NCBI RefSeq assembly: GCF_037042905.1
Contig: NC_087263.1
Span: forward strand, 4,712,001-4,776,000
Length of the DNA: 64,000 nt
Direction: 5' to 3'
Source: Lytechinus pictus
Lineage: Eukaryota
Shown: positions 11,745 through 24,200 of the stretch, piece by piece
Layout of the letters: each line of letters begins with the position of its first letter
Position numbering within the stretch: position 1 is the first letter of the stretch
Translations under genes and position numbers: made by a program
Notes under the pieces: generated by a model
The model's input: only the letters and a program-made list of their open reading frames with translations
Database searches by the model: none
What the model was told of the DNA's origin: nothing

Positions 11745-13996
11745 TTCTCAAAATAGTCGCCTTACTACACCATTACGCCTATTCATACCATGATATGACC
11801 GGGAAATTTTTGGCTCTTGCCCCCCCCCCCCCTGGCCACCGAACCCTGTTACGCCGCTGTAAAAATGCTGTGCATCATCATCATCATCATCTACCTACAC
11901 ACCCAAATTTTTTTAAAATCTGTTGAATATTTCATAAGATATCTTTAAGGAGCTGTGATCTTTGACCTGCATACTCCGAATTCGAACTTAGCCTGTATTG
12001 GTATCATCTACCTACACACTAAAATTTGTTTAAATATGTAGAATATTTTTAAAGTAATCATGCGGAAACTAAATTGCATATTTAATGAGCCGTGACCTTT
12101 GACCTACCGACTACGAATTCGAACTTAACCTGTATTTTGGTGTCATCTACCTACACACTCAAATTCGTTTAAATATTTAGAATATTTCATAAGTAATCAT
12201 GCGGAAACTAAATTGCATATTTAATGAGCCGTGACCTTTGACCTGCCGACTCCAAACTTAGCCTGTATTTGGTGTCATCTACCTACACACCATAATTTTT
12301 ATAAATCTGTTGAATATTTCATAAGTCATCATGCGAAAACCAACTCGGATATTTCATGAGCTGTGACCTTGGACCTGTAGACTCCAAATTCAAAGTTAGC
12401 CTGTACTATGGTGTCATGTACCTACACACCAAAATTTTTTTTAATCAATATATATAAATCGAAATATATTTCGATTTAATGCGCGGAAACCAAGTGGGGG
12501 GGCGGGCAAATCAACGGACAGGGGCAACGCTTAATGCCCCCTCCGGACTTTGTCTGCGGGGGCATAATTACCAAGGAGCTGCATTTCTCAAAATAGTCGC
12601 CTTATTACACCATTACGCCTATTCATACCATGATATGACCGGGAAATTTTTGGCTCTTGCCCCCCCCCCCCCCTGGCCACCGAACCCTGTTACGCCGCTG
12701 TAAAAATGCTGTGCATCATCATCATCATCTACCTACACACCCAAATTTTTTAAAAATCTGTTGAATATTTCATAAGATATCTTTAAGGAGCTGTGATCTT
12801 TGACCTGCATACTCCGAATTCGAACTTAGCCTGTATTGGTATCATCTACCTACACACTCAAATTTGTTTAAATATGTAGAATATTTTTAAAGTAATCATG
12901 CGGAAACTAAATTGCATATTTAATGAGCCGTGACCTTTGACCTGCCGACTACGAATTCGAAATTAACCTGTATTTTGGTGTCATCTACCTACACACTCAA
13001 ATTCGTTTAAATATGTAGAATATTTCATAAGTCATCATGTGGAAACCAACTCGGATATTTCATGAGCTGTGACCTTGGACCTGCAGACTCTGAATTCAAA
13101 GTTAGCCTGTACTATGGTGTCACATACCTACACACCAAAAAAAATTTTAATCAATATATATAAATCGAAATATATTTTGATTTATTGCGCGGAAACCAAG
13201 TGGGGGGGCGGGCGAATCAACGGACAGGGGCAACGCTTAATGCCCCCTCCGGACTTTGTCTGCGGGGGCATAATTACCAAGGAGCTGCATTTCTCAAAAA
13301 AGTCGCCTTATTACACCATTACGCCTATTCATACCATGATATGACCGGGAAATTTTTGGCTCTTGCCCCCCCCCCCCCCCTGGCCACCGAACCCTGTTAC
13401 GCCGCTGTAAAAATGCTGTGCATCATCATCATCTACCTACACACCCACATTTTTTAAAAATCTGTTGCATATTTCATAAGATATCTTTAAGGAGCTGTGA
13501 TCTTTGACCTGCATACTCCGAATTCGAACTTAGCCTGTATTGGTATCATCTACCTACACACTCAAATTTGTTTAAATATGTAGAATATTTTTAAAGTAAT
13601 CATGTGGAAACTAAATTGCATACTTAATGAGCCGTGACCTTTGACCTGCCGACTACGAATTCGAACTTAACCTGTATTTTGGTGTCATCTACCTACACAC
13701 TCAAATTCGTTTAAATATGTAGAATATTTCATAAGTCATCATGTGGAAACCAACTCGGATATTTCATGAGCTGTGACCTTGGACCTGCAGACTCCGAATT
13801 CAAAGTTAGCCTGTACTATGGTGTCACATACCTACACACCAAAAAAAATTTTAATCAATATATATAAATCGAAATATATTTCGATTTATTGCGCGGAAAC
13901 CAAGTGGGGGGGCGCAGGCGAATCAACGGACAGGGGCAACGCTTAATGCCCCCTCCGGACTTTGTCTGCGGGGGCATAATTACCGAGGAGCTGCAT
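11745..13996. repeat. Higher-order tandem repeat: three units (840, 706, 706 bp), each holding the 5' part of a Helentron-type family-2 element with ~135-bp subrepeats
   Basis: Units start TTCTCAAAA at 11745, 12585 and 13291. Subrepeat anchor GTGAYCTTKGACCT at 11955, 12092, 12231 and 12363. Each unit ends ...GCGGGGGCATAATTACCRAGGAGCTGCAT. Confidence 0.85.
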
Positions 13997-15165
13997 TTGA
14001 AGCGAGCCTGAATCAAGGCTGTGAAATTTATTAGCGCCACCATCTGGCTTCCTTTTATTTGCGTAAAAAGAAGAGACACGCGAAGTCACTTTCTAGTCCA
14101 AACTCCAAAGTAATCAAATTTGCTTTTTTTTTAAATATGATTTTGATTTAATTAAAAATATACTATTGACTTTTTGTATTATGGCTACTCACCGCAAAGC
14201 GCCCCGGTGAGTAGCGAGGAGTTTCGGCAAATATTAATTCTGTATTGTAATGAAGCGATGTTTGCCAACTTCACAGAAATCCAGGGCCAAATGCAGTTCG
14301 GTGTACGAGGTTAGTACTATAGTCGATCTATACATGTACTGTCGCAACTATATGTAGCAACTAACCTCGAACTAGTAATGAGTGGGGCCAGGGCCAGTAC
14401 CACAACTATACTAGTACAGCAAGCGATGGTTTGTGTAAGCTCCACTACACTTCACTACTGCTAACCTCCGCTTCACCTATAGGCTATAGTGGAGTGTTTA
14501 ATGGCTGGCTATACGAACCATCGCCTGATTTTTTTAGGCCTAGTCACTCAAGGGTTCATTACATGCCGCCGCGCACAGAAAAATCAAGCAATAGAATTAG
14601 AAGTTGTGTGTTGTGGACACCAGAAGTGGGATCACAGCACGCGTGACCCGGCCACTAGTACTAGTTAGAAATCCATTGCCAAACGTGGTTAATGGTGCGA
14701 GGTTAGTATACTAATACTAACCTCGCAATACGCGTGAGTCACTGAGTGGAGTAGCCTAACGTTAAGTTAGAGTTTCATACGGCATGTACGGCCCACTCAC
14801 ACGTATTGCGAGGTTAGTATTAGTATACTAACGTACGGCCAGGCATCAATAACTTTTGTTGTCATCCAATTTCAATGAAATTTTCAGCATTTTGCTCGAA
14901 ATGAATTTTACATTATTTATTAAGATCAAGGCCTAAATATCTTCAACCTGTATAGGGCCTAATTCATAACCATTTTACTTTTTAGGTGTGCAGAAAAGAC
15001 CAACCCCCCCCCCCCCAATGGTCTGCTGACTACAGTACATAAACTTAAATACACGGGACTAGTATTGTTACACAGCTTTTTGCAAATGCAAGATTGGTAA
15101 CGACTAACGAATTCCCTTTTTTTTTTTCAACGTAATTTTGAAGTCGAAAACATAGCTGAACTTAC

Positions 15166-15226
15166 GAATGCAATGTCCGTCCACATCCTACCGATTAGAG
15201 CAGTTGTATGCAGCTCATGTAGGCAT
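15166..15226 (-). pseudogene. THAP-domain pseudogene exon 1
   Basis: Minus strand ATG CCT ACA TGA GCT GCA TAC AAC TGC TCT AAT CGG TAG = MPT*AAYNCSNR*, the MxxCxxxxCxNR start of a THAP domain with the first Cys codon as a stop. Followed by a GTAAGT donor. A CCAAT box lies ~110 bp upstream. Confidence 0.65.
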
Positions 15227-15380
15227 GATATTTAACGTGAAATCTAAGCTAATAAGTTCACCAACATGCCAATCTGAGCTGTGAAAAAGTGTGATCGATT
15301 ACCCGGAGCGAAAACAGCTTGAGCAAGGTGCAGCCAATCAGCGACCTTCTTATGTCCCCTTCGAGACAGAGGAGACGAAA

Positions 15381-16050
15381 TGATTTTATGTCAAAAAGAC
15401 TCAAAACACAAAATCGTTTCGTCGACGAAATTTTTTTGTCTTTTGACACAAAATCATTTCGTTGACGAAATTTTTTTGTGTTTTGACACAAAATCATTTC
15501 GTCGACGAAATTTTTTTGTGTTTTGACACAAAATCATTTCGTCAACGAAATTTTTTTGTGGTTTTGACACAAAATGATTTCGTCGACGGAATAGATTTTC
15601 GCATCGCAACGAAATAAATTTTGTGGACGCAATTACATTTAGTCTCGACGAAAATTGATTTTGTGTGACAAAAAATAATTTCGTATACGAAATAAAACTG
15701 CGTCATGACGAAATGATTTTCATATGAACAAAAACACATTTTGTGTACGGAATGGCGTGAATTGGACGGAATTTACCATCGGACATTTGGTGCGCCATTT
15801 CGTTTGATAAAAATTCATTTCGTATGGCACGCCAAATAAACTTTGTGGACGCAATTACATTTCGTCTAGACGAAATTGATTTTGTGCATTTCGTCGAGAC
15901 GAAATTGATTTTGGGTGACAAAAAATAAATTTTGTGTACGAAATAAAAAAGCGTCATGACGAAATGATTTTCGTCTGAATAAAAACACATTTTGTGTACG
16001 GAATGCCGTGATTTGGACGGAATTCACTGGCGGACACTTGGCGCCCCATA
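15381..16050. repeat. Minisatellite-bearing element: four 40-bp units (15421-15581) plus a ~250-bp tandem duplication
   Basis: Unit GTCGACGAAATTTTTTTGTGTTTTGACACAAAATCATTTC. 15691-15798 recurs at 15942-16050. Confidence 0.8.
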
Positions 16051-16117
16051 ACACGGTAGATAAACACTAACAGGTATACTATGATCAGACTTCTATACAG
16101 CTGGGTTGCAGACCATG

Positions 16118-16668
16118 CCCGGGGGGGCCACTTCCATTCACGAGTGGATACCATGCGCGACCATGGGGTCTCGAAAAGCACCCTAAACACGTAATTTCCA
16201 TATTCTGAAAATGCACCCCTTAACAAGTATTGGCGTGTGAAACCCTACCCTTAACAAGTATTGGAAACAAAACGATACTGTTGGCAAATATTCCCTGAAA
16301 TGAACCCCTAAACAAGTACAGGAATGTTTTATTGTTACAGGTCCTTCGGTCGTCGGATTTACCTTGTTTGGTTTAGTACGACCCCACCTTCTGCACCTCG
16401 CGCAAATTGGACTCTAAACACGAAGTGTTGGGGCAAAAAGGACATCCTTTATAAAACATTTTAATTTTGTTTTATCATTCCCGCAAATTCGACCCTAAAT
16501 ACGTAATTGTCCTAGCGAAATAGATACCCTTTTTTCATTATTTTTGTGTTTTTGACACCCTTATCACGTTACGTACGTAACGTGCCCTATCGTGAAAAAG
16601 ACATCCTTTTTACGTGTTTTTTTGGTCGCGCATGGTATCCACTCGTCAATGTAAGTGGCCCCCCCGGG
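16118..16668. mobile_element. 551-bp MITE with ~46-bp TIRs and an 8-bp TSD
   Basis: TIR CCCGGGGGGGCCACTTMCATTSACGAGTGGATACCATGCGCGACCA (2 mismatches). TSD AGACCATG at 16110-16117 and 16669-16676. Relatives at ~29907-30135 and ~59677-59973. Confidence 0.9.
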
Positions 16669-17687
16669 AGACCATGGCGCCGAGTGGGGAGCTACTGGGA
16701 TGTCCTCACTCGATGGCGTCTCTGGGTCTTCTCTCTCTGGTCTCTGGATCCAATCTCTCAGCACCAGCTTGTGTACGTGCTGTGCAACGCACACACGTAG
16801 CAGGCGTAGGAGCATATAAAGGCTCCTCCAATCAGGAGCGCTCCTCGCATACACACAGCACATACACAGACTTAATATACATGAACATAGATCAATACAT
16901 ATATACTAATACACAGACTAATACATATATGGTACTACAGGTACATGGCAAATTTACCCTTTTAAACGTGTTTCCTTGCCCAAAACACTTCGAAGAGTGC
17001 ATTGTGCCCCACCCCACTCCCCCACACACTGAGGCCATTGTGACGATATTTGCTTTACACTGAGCTGTGATTTACATGAAATGGCTTGGGCTTGATTTTC
17101 ATTTTGTTAATCATTGTCAAGCTTGGGGAAAGTGTGGAGAAACAAGTATTAAATGAAAAATGAAATGTAAACCCACTTTAAATGATAAAAACTTAGTGAA
17201 AAATGCTGGAGATGTCTGATATAAACTTTTGTTCAGATTCAGTTAGGTCCTCAGATCCAGCTAGCACAAGAAGGGTAAAGGTTGTGCTTACTAATATAGG
17301 GTGGCTACTGGAGTTTCCTTTTGATCATGCATACAGACACGGGGGACCCCCCCCCCCCAAAAAAAAAAAAAAGTTTCATGACCAAGAAAGAAAAGGCTGA
17401 AATATCATATTGCGTCAAAATCTATCACATAATTAGATTTTGTATTAAAAAGGAAATTTTTTTGGCTCACTCACTTTGCTCGCTTGCAGTTTTAAAAATA
17501 AATTTTGTTCTTTTCACCATGTCTGCCCACTAAAAATTTTAGATATAAAGCCACTAACCCCCCCCCCCTTAAACTACAAGAAAACATTCACAGAGAACAA
17601 TATTCTGTCAGTCATCCCCCCAAATCCTGCGATCAACATCTATTTTCTCAGCAAAGTAATGTTACATACACATTTACCACCAGAATC

Positions 17688-18108
17688 ATTTGCCTTTTAT
17701 TCAGTTGGTCTAATGCTAATTCGTTCAATTACCAATTTGCCTACTATCATTTGGTCTACCATCAGGTCTATCATCAGTTCGTCCGCTATCCACATGGTCT
17801 GAATACCATTTCATCCATTCATCATTTCATAATAACCAGTTGGTCCAATATAGTCCATTTACCATTGGACTAAGTGTTATATCGACAAAATGACTAAAAA
17901 TAAAAAGGATATTAGACCAACTGGTTATCACACAAAATGGTCATAGATGAACTGGTGATTAGACAAAGTGATGATTGGACCAAATGATTATTGGACCACA
18001 TGGTTTCTAGATGAAATGTTGATGGACGGAATGACATTAGAATATGAAGGAAGACTTCATGCATGGGATGAGTGGATGAGTTGGCGATAGACGAGTTGGC
18101 AATTTACC
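17688..18108. mobile_element. Degenerate foldback-type element related to 3443-4854
   Basis: GTCYAA subrepeats followed by TAGAC/TGGAC subrepeats. Right end AGACGAGTTGGCAATTTACC. Confidence 0.55.
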
Positions 18109-18282
18109 AATCATATGTGCACAGTTATGCCCACTTGTTACACTAAGTGGTAATTTTATTGGATTCTATTCGCACTCTCATTTACATTGTTGCCTCAATT
18201 TTCATTATAGTTTGAATGAAAGTACCCTTTTTTATGTCCTCTTTCTTTGTATCTGCCTTTCACTCTTTTTTATTCATTCCAG

Positions 18283-21200
18283 ATATTGTGTACATTGGGT
18301 CCATTAACACTGCACACTTTCCCTTATGCAAGCTGTTCTTGGAAGCAAAGAAACATGTCCTGTGTGAAAAGCCCCTTGGGGTGAATGCTAAAGAAGTAGG
18401 CCAAATGATAGATCTTGCCAAGAAGAACGGTGTGTTTTTCATGGAGGTAAATATTGATAATCCACATTTTAAAACTTAATAGAACCAAAAGTTCAGGGGC
18501 CGGTTGCATAAAACTTTTTACTCAGGTTGTTTTTACTGGAGTTTTTGCCCTGTGTTAAAGTCAATGGCAGAAATCAGACTAACCTTCCTTTTCATTTTTT
18601 ACCAGAGTTTTCTCAGGTAAAAAGTTTTATGCAACAGGCCCCTGGTCTATGCCAACGTTACAAAGTCAAGTCATTAAGGCCTGTCTGTTTATTCAAGATA
18701 TGTCAATTGCTGTATCAAGACCAAACTTTTTATCTTTATGTTTTATTTATTCATCCATTATGATAATGATATGATTTTAGGATTGTTTTTTAATGATTTC
18801 TTTAAATTGTATTTCATTATCTTTTCTCTCATGGGGAGGGGACGGGAGTGCTGGATAAGTAATGTTATTTTTGTAAAATTTGAGTGCTGGATAGTACACC
18901 ATTCTGAAAAATTTGCTGCAGAATTTTTCCTGTATTATATACTACATCTGTTCATTTTTCTTTCATTTTGGGAAAGGGTTCATTATTGTCATTCCAATTT
19001 CAAGTTACTCATCATATTTTTGCCACTTATATCATGGACAGTTTTAATTATTTGTAGTCTTATTAAACCACCTTTTATTCTTCAAAATTGCAAAATTATA
19101 ATTTTTTATTTATTGTTACATTTTTCTAGTATAATCTTGTGTAGTCAGGTGCCTTTAACCACTCATGATCTGTTATGTTCTTCATTGTGATGTGAAATGA
19201 AATAACCTAGTCTACGGGAAGACCCCTTACTCCATAATTATACTAAACATATATTACCTTTCATGTTATTATATTGATCATTCTATATGAGTTTCTTATT
19301 GGGAGCCCTATTACATATTACAAACTATTTAGAAATTGTTCACGGCTCCCTATGGACTCCGTAATCATTTGTTATTTTGTACCTGTATCATGCTTTGTTG
19401 TATTGTACACCCTCTTTAGATATTACCGGTATTGTAACAGGTGACCCAACTGAACCACAGAATTTGACCAATTGTCCTGAATAGGTCAATTGTTAATAGA
19501 TGTTTTAATTCACTCCTAGGCAATATGGAGTCGATTTTTCCCAGCCTATGAAAAGATCAGGTCCCTTGTATCCAGTGGGGAGCTCGGAGAGGTCAAATGC
19601 ATCACTGGGGATTTCTGCATAGCGGCAAGCCATATAGAAAGATTGATGAATAAAAGTAAGGTCTCTTGGTTTCTACATTAGCATATTTTAGTGTCCACAT
19701 CACAGATGCTTTCTGCAACATTGAGAATCTATTGAAATGCCCTTTCAAATCACATTGGACAGATTAGAGGTCATTGCCAAAAGCTGGTGGACCAGGAGAG
19801 CACATCGTCTTTAGATTCGAACTGGACAAAAAATTGTCCAGAGTCCAGGACGACACTGCTGTTTCGATTCACCAATAATCGACAAAGACTGCTTTATTTT
19901 GAAAGTGTCTGTGAAGTGATTTCTAAAATGCCATTTAATCACAGAGCGTTTTTTTTTTTAATAATCCTTAACTTTAGAATTGGTTTATTAAAAAATAGAT
20001 AGATTAAAAACATTATAAAAAAGCATATGCATGCTGATAATGTTCAATTTACAAAACACATCACTAGCTAGTTCACCCTGACAAAAAGTTTAATGTAAAA
20101 ATAGCAGAAAATATAATAAAAAATATCGGTGAAGGTTTGAGATAAACCCATCAAAGAATAAAAAGTTATTACAATTTCAATTATTTGATTTGTGACGTCA
20201 TATGCGAGCAGCTTTCCTTCATAGCGAATGGTAAAAAATCAATGAAATGTCATTTTCTCTGCAATTTGAAAATTGTTTTACTGTACCTTTTGTATATCAA
20301 TAAACAAATCATTTCACACCTGATCATGAAAAGAAAACGAAGTTAAGTCATCAGGAACTATTACAAAATTAAATTCATGCATTTATATTACATAACATGG
20401 GGCACCTGCTCGTTTATGACGTCACAATACTTAAAATTCTAATAACTTTCTTGATCTTGATTTCCCTCAAACCTTCACCAATATTTACTGTATTTTTTTT
20501 CTACTATTTCTTACAACAAATTTTTTGGGGTGAACCTCCCCTTAAATTGATATTTTTGATTTTCATGTTTATACAGGTTTAGCTGGTGGGGCCTTAATTG
20601 ATATTGGGATCTACTTGGTCCAGTTGGCTACCATGGTGTTTGGTCCAGACCCTATCCTAGTCCAAGGGGTTGGAGGTCTCACTGAGACTGGTAAGAATTA
20701 AGTCTAGCCCACCCTGAAGGGTTATTCACTTGGTTACACTTCGTATTTCCAAAGGTTCTTTATTCCGAAGGTTCGTAATTCCGAAACACGTAAATTGCCT
20801 ATACCTCGGTGTCGTTAATCTGAAAACGTAAAAGGGTTCGTTAATCCGAACATTTGTTGCGTTATTCCGAAGGTTCGACAATCCGAAAACGAAATAAGGT
20901 TCGATGTTTCGAAGGTTCGTTAATTCGAAAACAAAATAAAGTTCTATGTACCGAAAGTTCGTTAATCCGAAAACGAAATAAGGTTCGTTGTTCCGAAGGT
21001 TCGTTAATCCGAAAACAAAATAAAGTTTGTTGTACCGAAGTTTCGTTAATCCGAAAACGAAATAACGTTCGTTAGTCCGAAAATGAAATAACGTTCGTTA
21101 GTCCGAAAACGAAATAACATTTGTTAATCATTTCGTTTTCGGACTAGCGAACCTTCGGAATTACGAACCTCATTTCGTCCTCGGATTAACAAACCTTCGG

Positions 21201-24200
21201 AATTACGAACCTTCGGAAATACAAACCTTCGGAATAACGAACCTTCGGAATATCCGAACCTTCGGAATAAAGAAGCTCCGGAATTACGAATGTATGTGAT
21301 TCACTTTGTCTACAAGCAGGTGGTATATTTGTTAGATAGACTAGATACCACCTGGGCTAAACCCATTTGGTCTTGCTCTAATTGCTGTTTGGTCTACAGT
21401 CTACACTAAACTTAGTCTGTTGTCATCTTGATGTAATTGTTATAAAATAAATATTTAAATTGTTATAAAATAAGAATCGAAATTGTTATATTTTCATTTG
21501 GTCACATTTGTACAAATCCCCAATTACTTTTCTACATATTTTTACTTAAATTGTTACTTTAATCAATTCTATAGTATAGATGGTTGGGTTGTGTTTTTTT
21601 TTATGGGAGGACATGTAGTAGAGGTTTTATACAGTATTGACAAAGGGCTTGAAGTATGATTAGAGTCAACAAAAATTAGATGTTTTGGGGTGTATTTTCA
21701 GTGTACATGTACAAAGGGGAGAGTTTTATTTCTGTGACATCACAAATCTTGGTTGCAATGTTATCAGGAGGATCCACAAAGCATTCATAGTGATTTTTGT
21801 CTCGCCTGCATAGCAGAGCGAGACTATAGGCGCCGCTTTTCCGACGGCGACGGCGTCAACATCAAATCTTAACCTAAGGTTAAGTTTTTGAAATGACATC
21901 ATAACTTAGAAAGTATATGGACCTAGTTCATGAAACTTGGACATAAGGTTAATCAAGTATTACTGTACATCCTGCCTGAGTTTCAGGTCACATGACCAAG
22001 GTCAAAGGTCATTTAGGGTCAATGAACTTTGACCATGTTGGGAGAATTATTTTCAAAATCTTAACCGAAGGTTAAGTTTTTGAAATGACATCATAACTTA
22101 GAAAGTATATGGACCTAGTTCATGAAACTTGGGCATAAGGTTAATCAAGTATTAGTGAACATCCTGCTCGAGTTTCAGGTCACGTGACCAAGGTCAAAGG
22201 TCATTTAGGGTCAATGAACTTTAGTCAAGTTAGGGGTATTTGTTGAATTACTATCATAACTTTGAAAATTTATGGATCTAGTTCATGAAACTTGGACATA
22301 AGGTTAATCAAGTATTAGTGAACATCCTTCCTGAGTTTCAGGTCACATGACCAAGGTCAAAGGTCATTTAGGGTCAATGAACTTTGGCCAAGTTGGGGGT
22401 ATTTGTTGAATTACCATCATAACTTTAAAAATTTATGGATCTAGTTCATGAAACTTGGACATTAGATTAATCAAGTACCACTGAATATCCTGTGCGAGTT
22501 TCAGGTCACATGATCATGGTCAATGGTCATTTAAGGTCAATGAACTTTGGCCGTGTTGGGGGTATTTGTTAAATTACCATCCTAACTCTGAAAGTTTACA
22601 GATCTAGTTCATAAAACTTGGACATAAGAGTAATCAAGTATCACTGAACATCCTGTACGAGTTTCAGGTCACATGACCATGGTCAAAGGTCATTAAAGGT
22701 CAATGAACTTTGGCCGTGTTGGGGGTATTTGTTGAATTACCATCCTAACTCTGAAAGTTTATGGATCTAGTTCATAAAACTTGGGATATAAGAGTAATCA
22801 AGTATCACTGAACATCCCCTGTGAGTTTCAGGTCACAAAACCAAGGTCAAAGGTCAGTTAAGGTCAATAAACTTAGGCCATGTTGGGGTAATTGTTGAAT
22901 TGCCATCATTTCTTTGAAAGTTTATAGAGTGAATGAAATGTGGACATGGGTGTAGTTGACAAGTCTTAAGTCACCGTTCAAATGTCATTTATGGTCAATG
23001 AACGTGGTATTATGTCATTATATGAATGGTGTTTTTGTGAATGATTATTTTATAGTAATTTTCAAAGTTAGCACTGCTGCTATATTAAATCGCGTAATGC
23101 AGGCGAGACTGCCAGAGGCGTTCCACTTGTTTTATTTACCTTTGTATGACTTTCATAGTGATTTTGATTTTTGACATTCAATTGCTCTTAACTTAAATAT
23201 TCATTCAATTCTCAAACTTTCATTGATTTTCTCTGTTTTCACACAAGCTAACTTGTTCCCATCCTAAAATTCTCCTTTGATGAAACAATTGTAAAAAAAT
23301 TCTACCAGATATTCAATTATCAATGATTTGTTTCCATTAATATGTTGCAGGTGTTGACGAGACTTGCAGTATCACGTTGCAGTATCCAGACAGCAAAGTT
23401 GCAAGCTTGTTGACCTCGCTTACTATTAACGGCAACAACGAGGCATCAATCATTGGCACCAAAGGAAGGATAAACGTAAGTCATATATCGTGTACTTTGT
23501 AAAAACTGTCTTATAGTTTATTGGGAATTGTCATGTCCACTCCAGTGAGTTGCAAAGATGTTTATATTGTGTCAATATTTTGTTTTTATTCAATTTTGAA
23601 TGTAATTATTTCTAATTGTACATATGTACTGTTATTTGTCTTATGTCAACATAGGCATTTTTATAATGAATCATGTGACGGTCCACAGTGACAAAAATGC
23701 ACATTTAGTCATTCATAGATTTAACAAGAGTGAAATAATTTGAATTGAATTTAATATGAAATATCAATTTTTTATGGTGCTGAATTTTTAAGAGAAAAGT
23801 TTTCAAGCTCCCATTACTTATGTGTGATCGTGCATGCTGCCGTCCTTTTCTTTTGTAACCATTTCAGCTACGAGACACCTTCCACGCTCCCTCAGTCATT
23901 GAGATTGTACGAGGCTACCCAGCTCCTGGGCTTTTCAAGAGAGAAGTAATTGAATTCCCTTTACCTAAAAGTAGTCACCCCACAAATTTTATCAATTCCG
24001 GTGGACTTGGATACCAAGCAGAGGCCATCAGAATAGCTGTCGAGGAGGGTGAGTTGCGAATAATTCAAATGTGCTTTTTATTTGATTTATTGATTTCTGT
24101 TTCACAATTGTACATAAGATAATAAAAATAACATAACAAGGTCGAAAATACTACACGATATAACATATTCATTGATTTAAGGAACACAATTCAATAAAAC

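Noticed and set aside
6482-15226. An intact, active P-element or THAP9 gene
   Set aside because: Stops, a frameshift and lost Zn ligands are present, and no catalytic domain or TIR pair is visible. Reported only as a remnant.
15421-15581. Palindromic 40-bp repeats resembling a CRISPR array
   Set aside because: Units are contiguous with no unique spacers, there are no cas genes, and the context is eukaryotic.
16677-16935. Possible solo LTR or promoter (TGGCGCC, TATAAA, CCAAT)
   Set aside because: No TG...CA boundaries, TSD, second LTR or retroelement coding sequence could be identified.
20854-21075. Repetitive 73-aa ORF
   Set aside because: It is the translation of the ~42-bp modules of a foldback MITE.
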